The notes under the pieces were generated by a model, which was given only the letters and a program-made list of their open reading frames with translations, did no database searches and was not told the origin of the DNA. From NCBI GenBank assembly GCA_044226625.1, contig JBGAGQ010000005.1:1-64000 (forward strand): 64,000 nt of DNA, read 5' to 3'. This document shows, piece by piece, positions 8,721 through 22,013 of the stretch (the first letter of the stretch is position 1; each line of letters starts with the position of its first letter). Both the position numbers and the translations under genes were made by a program. This DNA comes from Thermoanaerobaculia bacterium. Lineage in GTDB: Bacteria > Acidobacteriota > Thermoanaerobaculia > Multivoradales > UBA5704.

Positions 8721-10004
8721 TCAGCCGAAGGTCGGGGGACAGATACCCGCCAGACGCTCGGAGAGAAATCGCCGCTCCGGCTCCAACCGAGCGAGCGCCA
8801 GGGCGCGGCGATACGCCTCCACGGCTTCCTCCATCCGCCCCAGGCGGCACAGAAGATCCGCGCGCGCCGCCGGCAAGAGATGGTAGTCGGACAGCGCTCC
8901 CTTCGCTTCGATCTCGTCGAGCAATGCAAGACCGGCCGCCGGCCCGTCCGCCATGGCCACTGCCACCGCCCGGTTGAGCTCGACCACGGGCGACGGGCGG
9001 GTGCGCAGCAGGATGCGGTAGAGCTCGGCGATCTGGCGCCAGTCGGTCTGCTCGGCGCGCTCGGCCCGGGCGTGGACCGCGGCGATGGCGGCCTCGAGCG
9101 CGTAGGCGTCGGGAGGACCGGAGTTCAAAGTGCGCTCGAGGCGCCAGAGCCCTTCGGCGATCCTGCGACGATCCCATCGGGAGCGGTCCTGGTCGGCCAG
9201 CAGGATCGGCATCCCGTCGTCCGCCGTCCTCGCGTCGCCGCGGGCGTCGTGGAGGAGCATGAGCGCGAGCAACCCTTCGGCTGTCCTCCGCTCGTGGCGA
9301 CCGGCGAGCAGGCGGGTCACCAGACGGCCGAGGTGGATCGCCTCCCGGCAGAGCTCGCGGCGGACCAAGGCGTCGCCGGCGGTGGCGGCGTAGCCCTCGT
9401 TGAAGACCAGATAGATCACGGCCAGCACGGCGTCGAGCCGCTCGGGCAGCTCGGCGGGGTCCGGGATTCGATAGGGGATGGCCGCGGCGCGGATCTTCGC
9501 CTTGGCCCGCACGATCCGTTGCTGGAGCGTCGGCAGCGGCGTCATGAAGGCTCGTGCGATCTCCTCGGCAGCGAGACCGCAGACCGTCCGCAAGGTGAGC
9601 GCCACCTGCGCCTCCGGCGCGAGCGCCGGATGGCAGCAGGTAAAGATCAGACGCAACCGTTCGTCGGGCCAAGCGCTGTCGTCCGAATGCCCGGCCACTT
9701 CAGGATCGACGCCTTCGCGCGCGAGGGTCGCGAGCTTCGCGGAAAGCACCCGCTCGCGCCGCAAACGGTCGAGCGCCTTATGGCGCGCGGTCGAGATCAG
9801 CCAGGAGCGGGGTTGATCGGGGACGCCTGTGGTAGGCCATGCGGCGAGCGCGATCGCGCAAGCGTCCTGCAAAGCCTCCTCGGCGCGGTCGAAGTCGCCG
9901 AGGAGGCCGATCAAGGTCGCGAGCACGCGGCCGGATTCCTCGCGGACGATCCGGTCGAGAGCCAGATCGGGGCGCAAGGGGCCGGCGGCGGGCTCGCGGG
10001 ACAC
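8721..10004 (-). CDS. ECF42-type RNA polymerase sigma factor with C-terminal TPR extension
   Basis: AEEALQDA, LRLIFTCCHPAL, VIYLVFNEGY, DQDRSRWD, YALEAAIAAVH, SPVVELNRAVA; adjacent DGPF gene. Confidence 0.92.
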   Translation of the reverse strand: MSREPAAGPLRPDLALDRIVREESGRVLATLIGLLGDFDRAEEALQDACAIALAAWPTTGVPDQPRSWLISTARHKALDRLRRERVLSAKLATLAREGVDPEVAGHSDDSAWPDERLRLIFTCCHPALAPEAQVALTLRTVCGLAAEEIARAFMTPLPTLQQRIVRAKAKIRAAAIPYRIPDPAELPERLDAVLAVIYLVFNEGYAATAGDALVRRELCREAIHLGRLVTRLLAGRHERRTAEGLLALMLLHDARGDARTADDGMPILLADQDRSRWDRRRIAEGLWRLERTLNSGPPDAYALEAAIAAVHARAERAEQTDWRQIAELYRILLRTRPSPVVELNRAVAVAMADGPAAGLALLDEIEAKGALSDYHLLPAARADLLCRLGRMEEAVEAYRRALALARLEPERRFLSERLAGICPPTFG

Positions 10005-10021
10005 GTTCGATTCGGGAGAGC

Positions 10022-10384
10022 TTACTGGTCGCCGCCGCCGAGATCCGGGATCGGCCGGATCTCGATCGAGCCGACGCGCACCGCCGGGATACGGGCCGCG
10101 ATCGCGATCGCCTCGTCGAGATCGGCGGCCCGGATCTGATAGTAGCCGCCGAGCTGCTCGCGGGTTTCTGCGAACGGGCCGTCGGTGGTGAGGGTCTTGC
10201 CCTCCCGGACCCGAACGGTGGTCGCGGTGTTCGTGGCTTCGAGCGGATTGCCCGAAAGGTAGTGGCCGGAGGCGCGGATCGATTCGGTGAAGGCCATGTA
10301 TTCGCCAAAGATCTTGCCCTGCTCCTCGGGCGACATCGCGAGCCAGTTGGCTTCGTTTTCGTAGATCAGCAGCAGGTAGTTCAT
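10022..10384 (-). CDS. YciI/DGPF family protein
   Basis: MNYLLLIY, TDGPFAETREQLGGYY, IEIRPI; GAGGAG RBS. Confidence 0.93.
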   Translation of the reverse strand: MNYLLLIYENEANWLAMSPEEQGKIFGEYMAFTESIRASGHYLSGNPLEATNTATTVRVREGKTLTTDGPFAETREQLGGYYQIRAADLDEAIAIAARIPAVRVGSIEIRPIPDLGGGDQ

Positions 10385-10443
10385 GGAGCTCTCCTCGGTG
10401 TTCACGGGAAGGGAAGCGCGGTGCCGCGCCTCGGGTTCGACCT

Positions 10444-12018
10444 CTAGTCGAACGGGAAGCGGCGAGATCGACAACCGAAGCCGAACGATCTCGCGAGGAT
10501 CGGTGGCATCAAGTTCGCGTCGCCCTGGGCCGCGGAGGCGAGCGCCCCGAGCGTGGCCCGCACGTGCGAGGGCTCACGTCGGGCGCGGAGCGCGCGAAGG
10601 CGAGTCACCTGATCGCGCTCGATCTCGGGGTCGATCTGCAGCACCTCGATCGGCGGCTCGGCCTCGGCCGTAAATGCGTTCACTCCCACCACCAGATCGC
10701 GCTTCTCCTCGATCGCGATCTGGGCCCGATAGGCGGCCTCGGCGATCTCGCGTTGCTGGAAACCGCGCTCGATCGCGGCGACCGCGCCGCCGAGCTCGTC
10801 GATCTTGTCGACGTAGGCGCGAGCCCGCCGCGCGATCTCGTCGGTCCAAGCCTCGATCACATAGGAGCCGCCGAGCGGATCGGCGATCTCGGCCACCCCG
10901 CTCTCGCTGGCGATGATCTGTTGGGTTCGGAGGGCGACCCGCGCGGCTTCCTCGGTCGGCAGGCCGAGCGCTTCGTCGAGCGAGTTGGTATGGAGCGACT
11001 GGGTGCCGCCGCAGACCGCGGCGAGCGCCTGGAGCGCCACGCGTGCGACGTTGTTGGTCGGCTGCTGCGCCGTCAGCGTCGAGCCCGCGGTCTGGGTGTG
11101 GAAGCGCAGCCAGAGCGACCGCTCGTCCTTGGGCGCGAACCGCTCGCGCACCAGCTCGGCCCACAGGCGGCGGGCGGCGCGGAACTTCGCCACCTCTTCG
11201 AGGAAGTTGTTGTGGGCGTTCCAGAAGAACGACAGGCGCGGCGCGAACGCGTCGATCGCGAGGCCGCGGTCGAGCGCGGCGGAGACGTAGCAGAGCGCGT
11301 TGGCGAGGGTGAAGGCGACCTCCTGGACCGCCGTGGAGCCCGCCTCGCGCATGTGGTAGCCGGAGATCGAGATCGTGTTCCACTTCGGCACCCGCTCGGC
11401 GCAGAAGGCGATCACGTCGGTGACCAGCCGGAGCGACGGGCCGGGGGGGTAGATGTAGGTGCCGCGCGCCGCGTACTCCTTGAGAATGTCGTTCTGCACG
11501 GTGCCGCCCACGCGCTCCCAGGGGACCCCTTGCTCTTCGGCGACCACGAGGTAGAGCCCCAGCAGGATGGCGGCCGTCGAATTGATCGTCATCGAGGTCG
11601 TGACCCGGTCGAGCGGGATGCCGGAGAAGAGGCGGCGCATGTCCTCGATCGAATCGATCGCCACGCCGACGCGGCCGACCTCGCCGAGCGCGAGCGCGTG
11701 GTCCGAGTCGTAGCCGATCTGGGTCGGCAGATCGAAGGCGACGGAGAGGCCCGTGGTTCCCTGTTCGAGCAGGTAGCGATACCGGCGGTTCGACTCCTCG
11801 GCGGTGGCGAAGCCGGCGTATTGCCGCATGGTCCAGCGCTTGTGGCGGTACATGTCGGCGTACAGGCCGCGCGTGAACGGATAAACCCCCGGAGGGGCGA
11901 TCGTCGCGGAATCAGCCCCCGCGACGTCGGCGGGGCTATAGGAGGTCTCGATCGGAATGCCGGACGAGGTCTCCAGGGGAGGCGCCGGCTTGGCGGGAAC
12001 GCGGGATTCGACGGGCAT
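10444..12018 (-). CDS. Methylmalonyl-CoA mutase family, substrate-binding (large) subunit; C-terminus apparently truncated
   Basis: [64 protein letters not shown]. Similarity ends at NLMPPILA and is followed by an atypical tail. Confidence 0.9.
   Translation of the reverse strand: MPVESRVPAKPAPPLETSSGIPIETSYSPADVAGADSATIAPPGVYPFTRGLYADMYRHKRWTMRQYAGFATAEESNRRYRYLLEQGTTGLSVAFDLPTQIGYDSDHALALGEVGRVGVAIDSIEDMRRLFSGIPLDRVTTSMTINSTAAILLGLYLVVAEEQGVPWERVGGTVQNDILKEYAARGTYIYPPGPSLRLVTDVIAFCAERVPKWNTISISGYHMREAGSTAVQEVAFTLANALCYVSAALDRGLAIDAFAPRLSFFWNAHNNFLEEVAKFRAARRLWAELVRERFAPKDERSLWLRFHTQTAGSTLTAQQPTNNVARVALQALAAVCGGTQSLHTNSLDEALGLPTEEAARVALRTQQIIASESGVAEIADPLGGSYVIEAWTDEIARRARAYVDKIDELGGAVAAIERGFQQREIAEAAYRAQIAIEEKRDLVVGVNAFTAEAEPPIEVLQIDPEIERDQVTRLRALRARREPSHVRATLGALASAAQGDANLMPPILARSFGFGCRSRRFPFD
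10447..10473 (-). promoter_or_regulatory. ECF42-dependent promoter of the DGPF-sigma operon
   Basis: Minus strand TGTCGA-N17-CGAC matches the described ECF42 promoter (TGTCGA / CGA/TC). Confidence 0.7.
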
Positions 12019-12158
12019 GGACGAATTATAGGCGGTCAGCCGGCAGGGAATTTTGGAAGGGGTCGGCGGAGTACGCACCGCTTTGCCCGGGGCTCGATTG
12101 GGGAGCTCCCTCGCCGGTCGCGAGGGGGGAAAGTTGTGGAAATCCTGTGGAGACGGCA

Positions 12159-12205
12159 CTACCAGATGTGGTGTCCGGCCACGGTGTGCCCCCTATCACT
12201 GGTAG
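12159..12205. promoter_or_regulatory. Tandem NrdR boxes
   Basis: CTACCAGATGTGGTGT (12159) and weaker CCCCTATCACTGGTAG (12190), 31 bp apart and upstream of nrdJ; resemble the acaCwAtATaTwGtgt consensus. Confidence 0.7.
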
Positions 12206-12215
12206 TGAACAGGGG

Positions 12216-12244
12216 TTGACAGGCCATGGGGCGGGCGGTACTTT
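12216..12244 (+). promoter_or_regulatory. Sigma70 promoter of nrdJ
   Basis: TTGACA-17 nt-TACTTT. Confidence 0.75.
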
Positions 12245-12354
12245 GGCGCTCGACGTCCAGGTGCATCGCAGGGGTACGGGCGGAATCTCGCCCTGCCGCT
12301 GCCGCAATGTTTTCACCACGATCTAACAGGCAGAATAGCTAGGAGAGCTACCGC

Positions 12355-15098
<2,744 letters not shown>

Positions 15099-15189
15099 AA
15101 TTCGCGCGCTAGGCTCACCGCAGTCGTAGGGCAGGAAGGCGCGTCTGGAGGGGCGTGCCGGCAGGACCAGTACCCGCAGGGGGAGGAGA

Positions 15190-15228
15190 GACGGGGGAGG
15201 GAGCTCGAGCTTCCTTCCCCGTCGGTTT
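15190..15228 (+). terminator. Putative terminator after nrdJ
   Basis: GACGGGGGAGGGAGCT-CG-AGCTTCCTTCCCCGTC stem followed by GGTTT. Confidence 0.6.
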
Positions 15229-15368
15229 AAACCCTCCCGGTTCCGTCCAACCTCTTCCTCTCGCTCTCGAGCCCCCGATCGACCGAGCCGATCGTCCGTT
15301 TCGGGCAGGTGCCCTGCGGGTCGAGCCGTTTCGTCCGCGGCCGCGGGATGCCATATATTGGCGCGGCC

Positions 15369-15890
15369 ATGAAGACGCTCCGCCTCGGTTCCGTCCTTCC
15401 GCTCGCCCTCGTCACGGTCCTGCTCGGCTTCGGTTGCCAGGAAGGCTATTCCTCTTCCGCCGCAGCTTCGAAGACCGCCAATGCGGAGGCGGCCAAGTTC
15501 CGGCTGAAGACCCTCGACGGTGCAAGGTCCTTGGGGCCGCCGGATTTCCGCGGCAAGGTCGTGATCGTGGACTTCTGGGCGACCTGGTGCGGCCCCTGCC
15601 AGATCCAGGCGCGGATCCTCGACTCGCTCGCCCGCAGTTATCAGGGCAAGAACGTGCAGTTCCTCGCCGCGAACGTCGGCGAGACCGCCCAGACGGTCCA
15701 GAGCTTCGTCAAGGACAAGCCGTTTCCCTACCCCGTCCTGGTCGATCCGGACGGCGTCTCCGACGACCTCGGCGTGATTGCCCTGCCCACGCTCCTGATC
15801 ATCGATCCCAAGGGGAAAGTCGCTTACTTCGAAGCCGGGATCGCCGACGCGGACGTGATCAAGCGGATCCTGCGGCAGTCCGGGGTCTGA
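15369..15890 (+). CDS. TlpA/ResA-like thiol-disulfide oxidoreductase lipoprotein
   Basis: Lipobox LGFGC; DFWATWCGPC; LPT..IID. Confidence 0.9.
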   Translation: MKTLRLGSVLPLALVTVLLGFGCQEGYSSSAAASKTANAEAAKFRLKTLDGARSLGPPDFRGKVVIVDFWATWCGPCQIQARILDSLARSYQGKNVQFLAANVGETAQTVQSFVKDKPFPYPVLVDPDGVSDDLGVIALPTLLIIDPKGKVAYFEAGIADADVIKRILRQSGV

Positions 15891-16251
15891 GGATCAACGC
15901 GAGATTGCGGGCGTACACCGCGAGCCCGGCGATCTGACCGACCGATCCCACCGGGTCGCCGCGGCGTAAGAAATAGACGGAGAGGATCAGCCCGCCGAAT
16001 AGGCTGAGCCACCAGAATACGACGGGAACGACGCTCTGGCGCTTCCGCTCGGTCGCGACCCATTGCGCGAGCATCCGCGCGGTAAAGAGCGCTTGGCCGA
16101 GGAAGCCGAAGGCGATCCACGCGGTCGGTAGTCCCGCCTTCCGCGCATCCGTGGCCGCCTTGGGGTCGTTGGTGACGTGGGAGATGAGGGGCAGCAGCGC
16201 GAGACCTGCGGCGAGGCCGACGACGAAGATGACGAGATAGATCGGTTTCAC
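15859..16251 (-). CDS. Lipid A biosynthesis N-terminal (LAB_N) domain membrane protein
   Basis: GFLGQALFTARMLAQWVATERKRQSVVPVVFWWLSLFGG...DPV..GQ..G..VYARNL. Confidence 0.85.
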   Translation of the reverse strand: MKPIYLVIFVVGLAAGLALLPLISHVTNDPKAATDARKAGLPTAWIAFGFLGQALFTARMLAQWVATERKRQSVVPVVFWWLSLFGGLILSVYFLRRGDPVGSVGQIAGLAVYARNLALILRPRTAAGSA

Positions 16252-16422
16252 GCCGGCATGGTACCGCACAGCCGATCGGCTCCACCCCGCCGGCTAGCCG
16301 TGTCGCCGTCTCTCCGGTAACATCCAAAAACCAACGCAGCAAGCAGACCTCGATGCGAACCCGCGCTTCCGCTTTCGGGCGGAGGACGGATTTGGCGGGG
16401 AAAAGAGCGTGAAAGTCAGGCG

Positions 16423-17049
16423 ATGAATCACATCCACCCGATCGAGCCGATTGCGACCGTCCTCCTGATCATCCTCTTGATCTATCTTCGCCGGAAGGGC
16501 AAGGCGGAGCGCGAGGCCAGCAAGCCGAAACCCGTCACGCAGCAGGTCGTGATCGAGCGGCCGGCAAAGGTCGAGGAGCCGCCGGAAGTCGTCTACGCGA
16601 AGCTTCGTCGTCGCGCGTTGGGGATGACCCCCGAGGTGATGGGCGTGGCGAACGACATCGGCCCGGGCGATCCGTTCGTGGTGCTGATGGAGATGGGCAT
16701 GCCGGGAACGGTCGTCACGCTCGCTTGTTTTGCCGACGGGGACGCGGGGGTCTATTACCAGACCGGCGGCGGCATGGTCGGGGGGCGGGCGCATGAAACG
16801 GTGCGCCAGGCGGCTAAGGGTTTCATCGCGCAGATCGCCCCTCTCGTGGTGGGGATGGAAAAGAAAGCCGACCCGCCGTTGCCCGAGTCGGGGCGGGTGC
16901 GGTTTACCGCGGTGAACTCGGAGGGATGCTTCACCGCCGAGACCGACCGCGAAGCGCTCGCCGACCCGGACAACGCGCTCTCCGCCCTGTTCTACAGCGG
17001 CCAGGAAGTGGTGAGCCAGATGCGGGAGGTCCTCGCGCAGAAGTCCTGA
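16423..17049 (+). CDS. Hypothetical membrane-anchored protein
   Basis: N-terminal TM helix plus basic stop-transfer; VVLMEMG..TLACFADGDAGVYYQTGGGMVGG motif; good codon bias. Confidence 0.75.
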   Translation: MNHIHPIEPIATVLLIILLIYLRRKGKAEREASKPKPVTQQVVIERPAKVEEPPEVVYAKLRRRALGMTPEVMGVANDIGPGDPFVVLMEMGMPGTVVTLACFADGDAGVYYQTGGGMVGGRAHETVRQAAKGFIAQIAPLVVGMEKKADPPLPESGRVRFTAVNSEGCFTAETDREALADPDNALSALFYSGQEVVSQMREVLAQKS

Positions 17050-17061
17050 GTTCGAAGCGGA

Positions 17062-18036
17062 TCACTCCCAGACCTGGGCGAGGCGGTCGCGTTCGATGCG
17101 CCAGACGCCGTCGATTTTGCGCAGGAACAAGCTTCCTCTATAGGTGGCGGTTTGCCGGGAGCCGGCGAGATAAATCTCGGCTTGGTCGCCTTTCGTCCGG
17201 CCGCCGGAGATCTCGATCTGCGGCAAGGACAGCGAAGGAAGGTCGCCGAGCAGGTCGTTTCGGAGGCCTTCCGCCTGTTCTTCCGGCACCATCCCCTCGA
17301 AGGCGTCCAGGCGCGCGGCGATCGCGTCGCCGCAGACCCGAGCGATCGCCACGCGATCGGCGCTCGACAGGATTCCGCGGCAATCGAGCAGGAAGCGGCC
17401 GACCTCTCCTCCGTCCTGCGCGAGAAGCGTTTCACCGACCGGTTTGGCGATCGGTACCGCGAGGGTCAGATCGATGTCGAATCCGTTTCCTTCGAGCGCG
17501 TCGGCCGCCTTCGTACGGATCCAGCCGAGGACCCTGCCGTCTTCGATCATCAGATGAGCCTGTGCCGCTTGCGACCGCGAGCTGCAGTAGCCGCATGCGG
17601 CGCCTTTCGGCAGGCGGAAAGAAAGGCCCTCCCAAGCGCCGTCCTCCTGGGCCACGTCGAGCGTCACGGTTCCCGCGTCCTCCGCCGTCTGCCGGTCGAG
17701 CTCGCCGGTGAGGTCGAGCGCACCTTCGAGCGCGGTTCGGTCGAGCCGATGGCCGGCCAGCCGGACCTTGACCACGGTTTCGTTCCCGAAGAATCCGGGC
17801 CCGAGGTAGGCATAGGCGTCGACGACCGAGAAGCCGTCTCCCTCCCGGCCGAAGGAACCGGATGCCGTGGACGAGGAGGCCAGGACGGCCGCGACCTTCC
17901 CTTTCTTCGACCGGTGCCGATGCTTGGGACGCTTCGCCGCCTGGGCCTCGTCGGCCGCGAACAGGCCGGCGACGAACCCGAAGAGGAACAGGCCGAGGGC
18001 GAGCGAGGCGGTCCTTCCGCGCGGCACGATCTTCAA
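17062..18036 (-). CDS. Hypothetical secreted protein
   Basis: Hydrophobic signal segment LALGLFLFGFVAGLFAA, basic KRPKHRHRSKK patch, CGYC; start codon uncertain. Confidence 0.6.
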   Translation of the reverse strand: MKIVPRGRTASLALGLFLFGFVAGLFAADEAQAAKRPKHRHRSKKGKVAAVLASSSTASGSFGREGDGFSVVDAYAYLGPGFFGNETVVKVRLAGHRLDRTALEGALDLTGELDRQTAEDAGTVTLDVAQEDGAWEGLSFRLPKGAACGYCSSRSQAAQAHLMIEDGRVLGWIRTKAADALEGNGFDIDLTLAVPIAKPVGETLLAQDGGEVGRFLLDCRGILSSADRVAIARVCGDAIAARLDAFEGMVPEEQAEGLRNDLLGDLPSLSLPQIEISGGRTKGDQAEIYLAGSRQTATYRGSLFLRKIDGVWRIERDRLAQVWE

Positions 18037-18047
18037 ACGGACGAGCC

Positions 18048-19481
18048 TTACCGGACGATCTTCGCCATTACGTGCTTGATCTGGGTGTAGTCCTCGATCG
18101 CGTACATCGACATGTCTTTGCCGTAACCCGATTGCTTGTACCCGCCGTGGGGCATCTCGGAGACCAGTGGCATGTGATCGTTGATCCAGACGCATCCGAA
18201 GCGTAGCTTGCGCGAGGCATGAAGAGCCCGGTTCACGTCCCGGGTCCAGACCGAGGCCGAAAGGCCGTAGTCGACGTCGTTGGCCCAGGCGATCGCCTCG
18301 TCGTCCGAGCCGAACCGGGTGACCGTCACCACGGGCCCGAAGACCTCCTTCTGGACGATCTCGTCCGCTTGGAGGGCGCCAGCGACGACCGTCGGCCGGT
18401 AATAGAAGCCGCGCCCGTCGGGCGCGCCACCACCGGTCACGACCTGGGCATGGCCGGTCGCCCGGGCACGGTCGACGAAACCCGAGACCCGATCGCGCTG
18501 CTCGGCCGAAACCAGCGGCCCGAGCGCGGTCGATTCCTCCTCGATCGGCCCCATCTCGATCGATTCGACCGCCGGCACCAACCGTTCGAGGAGAGGCTCG
18601 TAGATCCCGTCCTTCGCGTAGATCCGACAGGCGGCGGTGCAATCCTGACCGGAGTTGGCGAAACCGGCGAACTTGACCACCGAGACGGCGAGGTCGAGAT
18701 CGGCGTCGTCGAAGAGGACGACCGGCGCTTTGCCGCCGAGCTCAAGGTGCACCTTCTTGAGCGTCGCCGCGGCGGCGCGTGCGACTTCTTTGCCGGTCGA
18801 GACGTCGCCGGTGAGCGAGACCATCCCGACTTTCGGATGGGCGACGAGCGGCGCGCCGACGGGCAGGCCGTGGCCGGTGATCACGTTGAACACGCCGGGC
18901 GGAAAGATGTCGGCGGCGAGCTCCGCGAGGCGCAGGGCGGTGAGCGGCGTCTGCTCGGACGGCTTCAAGACCACCGTGTTTCCCGCCGCGAGCGCCGGAC
19001 CGATTTTCCAGATCGCCATCATCAGCGGGTAGTTCCAGGGGGCGATGAGACCGACGACGCCGATCGGCTCGCGCCGGATCATGCTGGTGTAGCCGGCGAG
19101 GTACTCGCCTGCGGCCTTGCCCTCCTGGCAGCGCGCCGCCCCGGCGAAGAAGCGGAGGTTGTCGATCACGAACGGTAGCTCGGCGCGAGCGAGGGTGATC
19201 GGCTTACCGACGTTCGCGGCTTCGAGCGCGGCGAGCTCCTCGGCGTTCTGCTCGATCCGGTCGGCGAGCTTGAGCAGCATCAGGCTGCGGTCGGCCGGGG
19301 TCGAGTCGAACCAGGTTTCGAACGCCGCGGCGGCCGCGGCGACCGCCCGGTCCACGTCCTCGCTCGAGCCGTATGGAACGACCGCCAGAGGCTGCTCGGT
19401 CGCGGGATGGACGAGCGTCTCGGTCTCGCCCGAAGCCGCGGCGGTCATCTCGCCGTTGACGAACATCGAATAGGTCTTCAT
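18048..19481 (-). CDS. Gamma-aminobutyraldehyde dehydrogenase (PatD-like ALDH)
   Basis: [56 protein letters not shown]. Confidence 0.9.
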   Translation of the reverse strand: MKTYSMFVNGEMTAAASGETETLVHPATEQPLAVVPYGSSEDVDRAVAAAAAAFETWFDSTPADRSLMLLKLADRIEQNAEELAALEAANVGKPITLARAELPFVIDNLRFFAGAARCQEGKAAGEYLAGYTSMIRREPIGVVGLIAPWNYPLMMAIWKIGPALAAGNTVVLKPSEQTPLTALRLAELAADIFPPGVFNVITGHGLPVGAPLVAHPKVGMVSLTGDVSTGKEVARAAAATLKKVHLELGGKAPVVLFDDADLDLAVSVVKFAGFANSGQDCTAACRIYAKDGIYEPLLERLVPAVESIEMGPIEEESTALGPLVSAEQRDRVSGFVDRARATGHAQVVTGGGAPDGRGFYYRPTVVAGALQADEIVQKEVFGPVVTVTRFGSDDEAIAWANDVDYGLSASVWTRDVNRALHASRKLRFGCVWINDHMPLVSEMPHGGYKQSGYGKDMSMYAIEDYTQIKHVMAKIVR

Positions 19482-19509
19482 GCCGTTCGCTCCGGAGGTC
19501 GGATCGAGG

Positions 19510-20274
19510 TCAGAAGGAAACCGACGCGCCGAACGTGACGATCGTCTCGTCTTCCGACGTCCCGGTGAGCTCGGGAGTTGCCTCGCGCCGCTTGTCGAGG
19601 CTGTCGAGCGCGATCGAGCGCTGGACCGAGCCGTGGATCGAGAACTTGTCGTTCAGCTGGATCGGCACGTTGACGCCGAACAGGGCGTCGTTCAAGGTTC
19701 CGTCCGAGACCGCCTTGTTGTTGTAGCCGAAGTCCCAACCGACCGAGGCGGAAAAATCGAGGCTCGCCTTGCTGCTGAGCTCGAAGCTGTGAGAGATGCC
19801 GAAACTGCCGTAGCCGCCTTTGACCTTGTCGTTGTCGTACCAGTAGCTGAACTTGGGCGACAGCGGACCGCCGAAGCCGAGATAACCGTACACCTCATAG
19901 GTGTCGAGGAAGACCAGGATGTCCTCGGCGTCCTTGTTGTACTGATAGCTCACGGCGCCGAGGGTCAAGGTGGCGCTGCCCAGCGGGATCGCGTATTCCG
20001 CGCCGAGATCGACCTCGCGATAGTCGCCATCGGGGATATCACCGGCGTAGCCGTAGCTGTAGAGCGAGAGGTTGCCGACCCCGAAGAGGAGGTACGGTGT
20101 GAGGACCGACTCGTCGTCGAGTAGATCCGAGCCGCGGAACAGGTATTGGCTGCTGCGGTCGACGCCGGCGGTGAAGCTCCAACTCTTTTCCGGCTCTCCT
20201 TGTCCGAAGCCGGGCGCGGCGATCGCCGCGAGGACGACGAGGGCGAAAAACGGCATGAGACGAGAAATTTTCAT
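19510..20274 (-). CDS. TorF/Gcw_chp family putative porin
   Basis: Signal peptide; SQYLFRG, EVDL, YEVY motifs; C-terminal Phe. Confidence 0.75.
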   Translation of the reverse strand: MKISRLMPFFALVVLAAIAAPGFGQGEPEKSWSFTAGVDRSSQYLFRGSDLLDDESVLTPYLLFGVGNLSLYSYGYAGDIPDGDYREVDLGAEYAIPLGSATLTLGAVSYQYNKDAEDILVFLDTYEVYGYLGFGGPLSPKFSYWYDNDKVKGGYGSFGISHSFELSSKASLDFSASVGWDFGYNNKAVSDGTLNDALFGVNVPIQLNDKFSIHGSVQRSIALDSLDKRREATPELTGTSEDETIVTFGASVSF

Positions 20275-20454
20275 CGATCGGTCCCCTCGGAAATGGAATG
20301 CGAAACGCGATCGTCGCCTCGGGTGAGGCCGCCTCTCGATCGTTTCGACATGAGCTCTAGGGTAGTGTACTGCGACTTGGTCCGCGGGCAAGGACCCGGT
20401 GCGCACCGGCCGTCCCGCCCTCCGTCAAGCCAAGAGACTCCCGAAGGGGCCGAG

Positions 20455-21027
20455 ATGACCGACGCCACCGATCGTTCGAGCGAGAGCCTCCTTCGCTCGA
20501 TTCTCAAGAGCCAGTACCACGCCGCGCTTGGAATGTTGCGCCAGGCGGTCGAGCGCTGTCCGGAGGAGATTTGGCTCGATCTCCGGCCGGTCAACCCGTA
20601 CTGGCGGATCGCGTATCACGCGCTCTATTTCACCCACCTCTACCTTCAGCCGAGACTTGAGGATTTCCACCCCTGGGAAGGCCATCAGACCGGCATGCAT
20701 GATCTCGACGACGTCCCCGCGGAACCGGAGCTCCTCCTCTACATGGAGCTACCGCATCGCCCGCCGCAAACCGGCCCTTACTCGAGAGAGAGAATCCTCG
20801 ACTATTGGCGGTTCGTCGACGGGGTGGTGGACCCGATCGTCGAGCAGATGGACGTTTTGAGCTCGGCGAGCGGTTTTTCCTGGTATCCGATCGGCAAGCT
20901 CGAGCATCAGCTCGTGAACGTCCGGCATTTGCAGCACCACGCGGCGCAGCTTGGCGATCGATTGCGGAACGCGACCCGCGACCTGGGCGTCGAGTGGTAC
21001 GGCCGTTGGCCGCGTCCGGCGCGCTGA
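20455..21027 (+). CDS. DinB family protein
   Basis: WRIAYHALYF and EHQLVNVRHLQHHAAQL His motifs. Confidence 0.8.
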   Translation: MTDATDRSSESLLRSILKSQYHAALGMLRQAVERCPEEIWLDLRPVNPYWRIAYHALYFTHLYLQPRLEDFHPWEGHQTGMHDLDDVPAEPELLLYMELPHRPPQTGPYSRERILDYWRFVDGVVDPIVEQMDVLSSASGFSWYPIGKLEHQLVNVRHLQHHAAQLGDRLRNATRDLGVEWYGRWPRPAR

Positions 21028-21142
21028 AACTCAACGCGGCGCCTCGATCCGGTGGGAGAGGGGCGGCGGGGCTCCGAGCCACCCGCACGGGTGGCGCCTC
21101 CGCGCGGTCGGCCCGAGTAGCGTTCCCGAGCGGAAACGGAAC

Positions 21143-22000
21143 ATGGTCCTCAAGCTTCTCGTCGCCATGCTCGTCGGGTCGTCCACGAGTCTCGCGCTCG
21201 GCGTCCTGTTCGGGGCCGTACGGTGGAAATCGAAAACCGAGGCCTTGCGCACCCGCCTCGCCGCGGCGCGGCGCCCGGTGTCGCCAAGGACGTTCGATCC
21301 CGCCGAGCTGATCGGTTTGCCGCCTCCGGTCGAGCGCTTCTTCCGGGCCGCTCTACGGCCGGGACAGCCGATGATCGCGGCCGCTCACATCTGCCACGCC
21401 GGGATCTTCAACCTAGGCGAAACGCGACCGAGCTGGAAGCCGTTTACCTCGACCGAGGTGGTTACCCTTCGGCGGCCGGGGTTCGATTGGGACGGCCGCA
21501 TCGCGGTCGCGCCGGGGATGGCCGTTCGCGTGCACGACGCTTACGTCGCGGGCGAGGGGATCCTCGAGGCTCGTCTGCTCGGGCTGGTCAAGCTCGCGGG
21601 AGAACGGGGCACGCCGGAGCTCGCGCGCGGCGAGCTGCTCCGCTATCTGGCCGAGGCGATGTGGTACCCGACCGCCCTGCTGCCGAGCCAGGGGGTCCAT
21701 TGGGAGCCGCTGGACGACACCTCCGCCCGCGCCACCTTGAGCGACGGCGGCACCACCGTTTCGCTCGACTTCCATTTCGCCGCCGACGGTCTGATCGAAT
21801 CGAGCCGGGCGGTGTCGCGCAGCCGGACGTTGGGTGGTGTGGTGATGGAGAGCCCCTGGGGGGGCCGCGGATGGCGTTACGAGCTCAAGGACGGCATGCG
21901 GATCCCCATGGCGGGAGAGGTCGCTTGGCTCACTCCGGAGGGAGCCTATCCGTACTGGCGCGGCGAGATCGCGAGCCTGCGCTACGAATTCGCGCGGTAG
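21143..22000 (+). CDS. DUF6544/DUF6920-like membrane-anchored protein
   Basis: LPPPVERFF, GFDWDGRI, GELLRYLAEAMWYPTALLP, GMRIP..GEVAW. Confidence 0.7.
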   Translation: MVLKLLVAMLVGSSTSLALGVLFGAVRWKSKTEALRTRLAAARRPVSPRTFDPAELIGLPPPVERFFRAALRPGQPMIAAAHICHAGIFNLGETRPSWKPFTSTEVVTLRRPGFDWDGRIAVAPGMAVRVHDAYVAGEGILEARLLGLVKLAGERGTPELARGELLRYLAEAMWYPTALLPSQGVHWEPLDDTSARATLSDGGTTVSLDFHFAADGLIESSRAVSRSRTLGGVVMESPWGGRGWRYELKDGMRIPMAGEVAWLTPEGAYPYWRGEIASLRYEFAR

Positions 22001-22013
22001 GCTTCGGTTCGAG

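Noticed and set aside
12019-12354. Cobalamin riboswitch between the two B12 enzymes
   Set aside because: I could not find the B12-box or GGGAA...GCCACTG core motifs by eye; an Rfam scan would settle it
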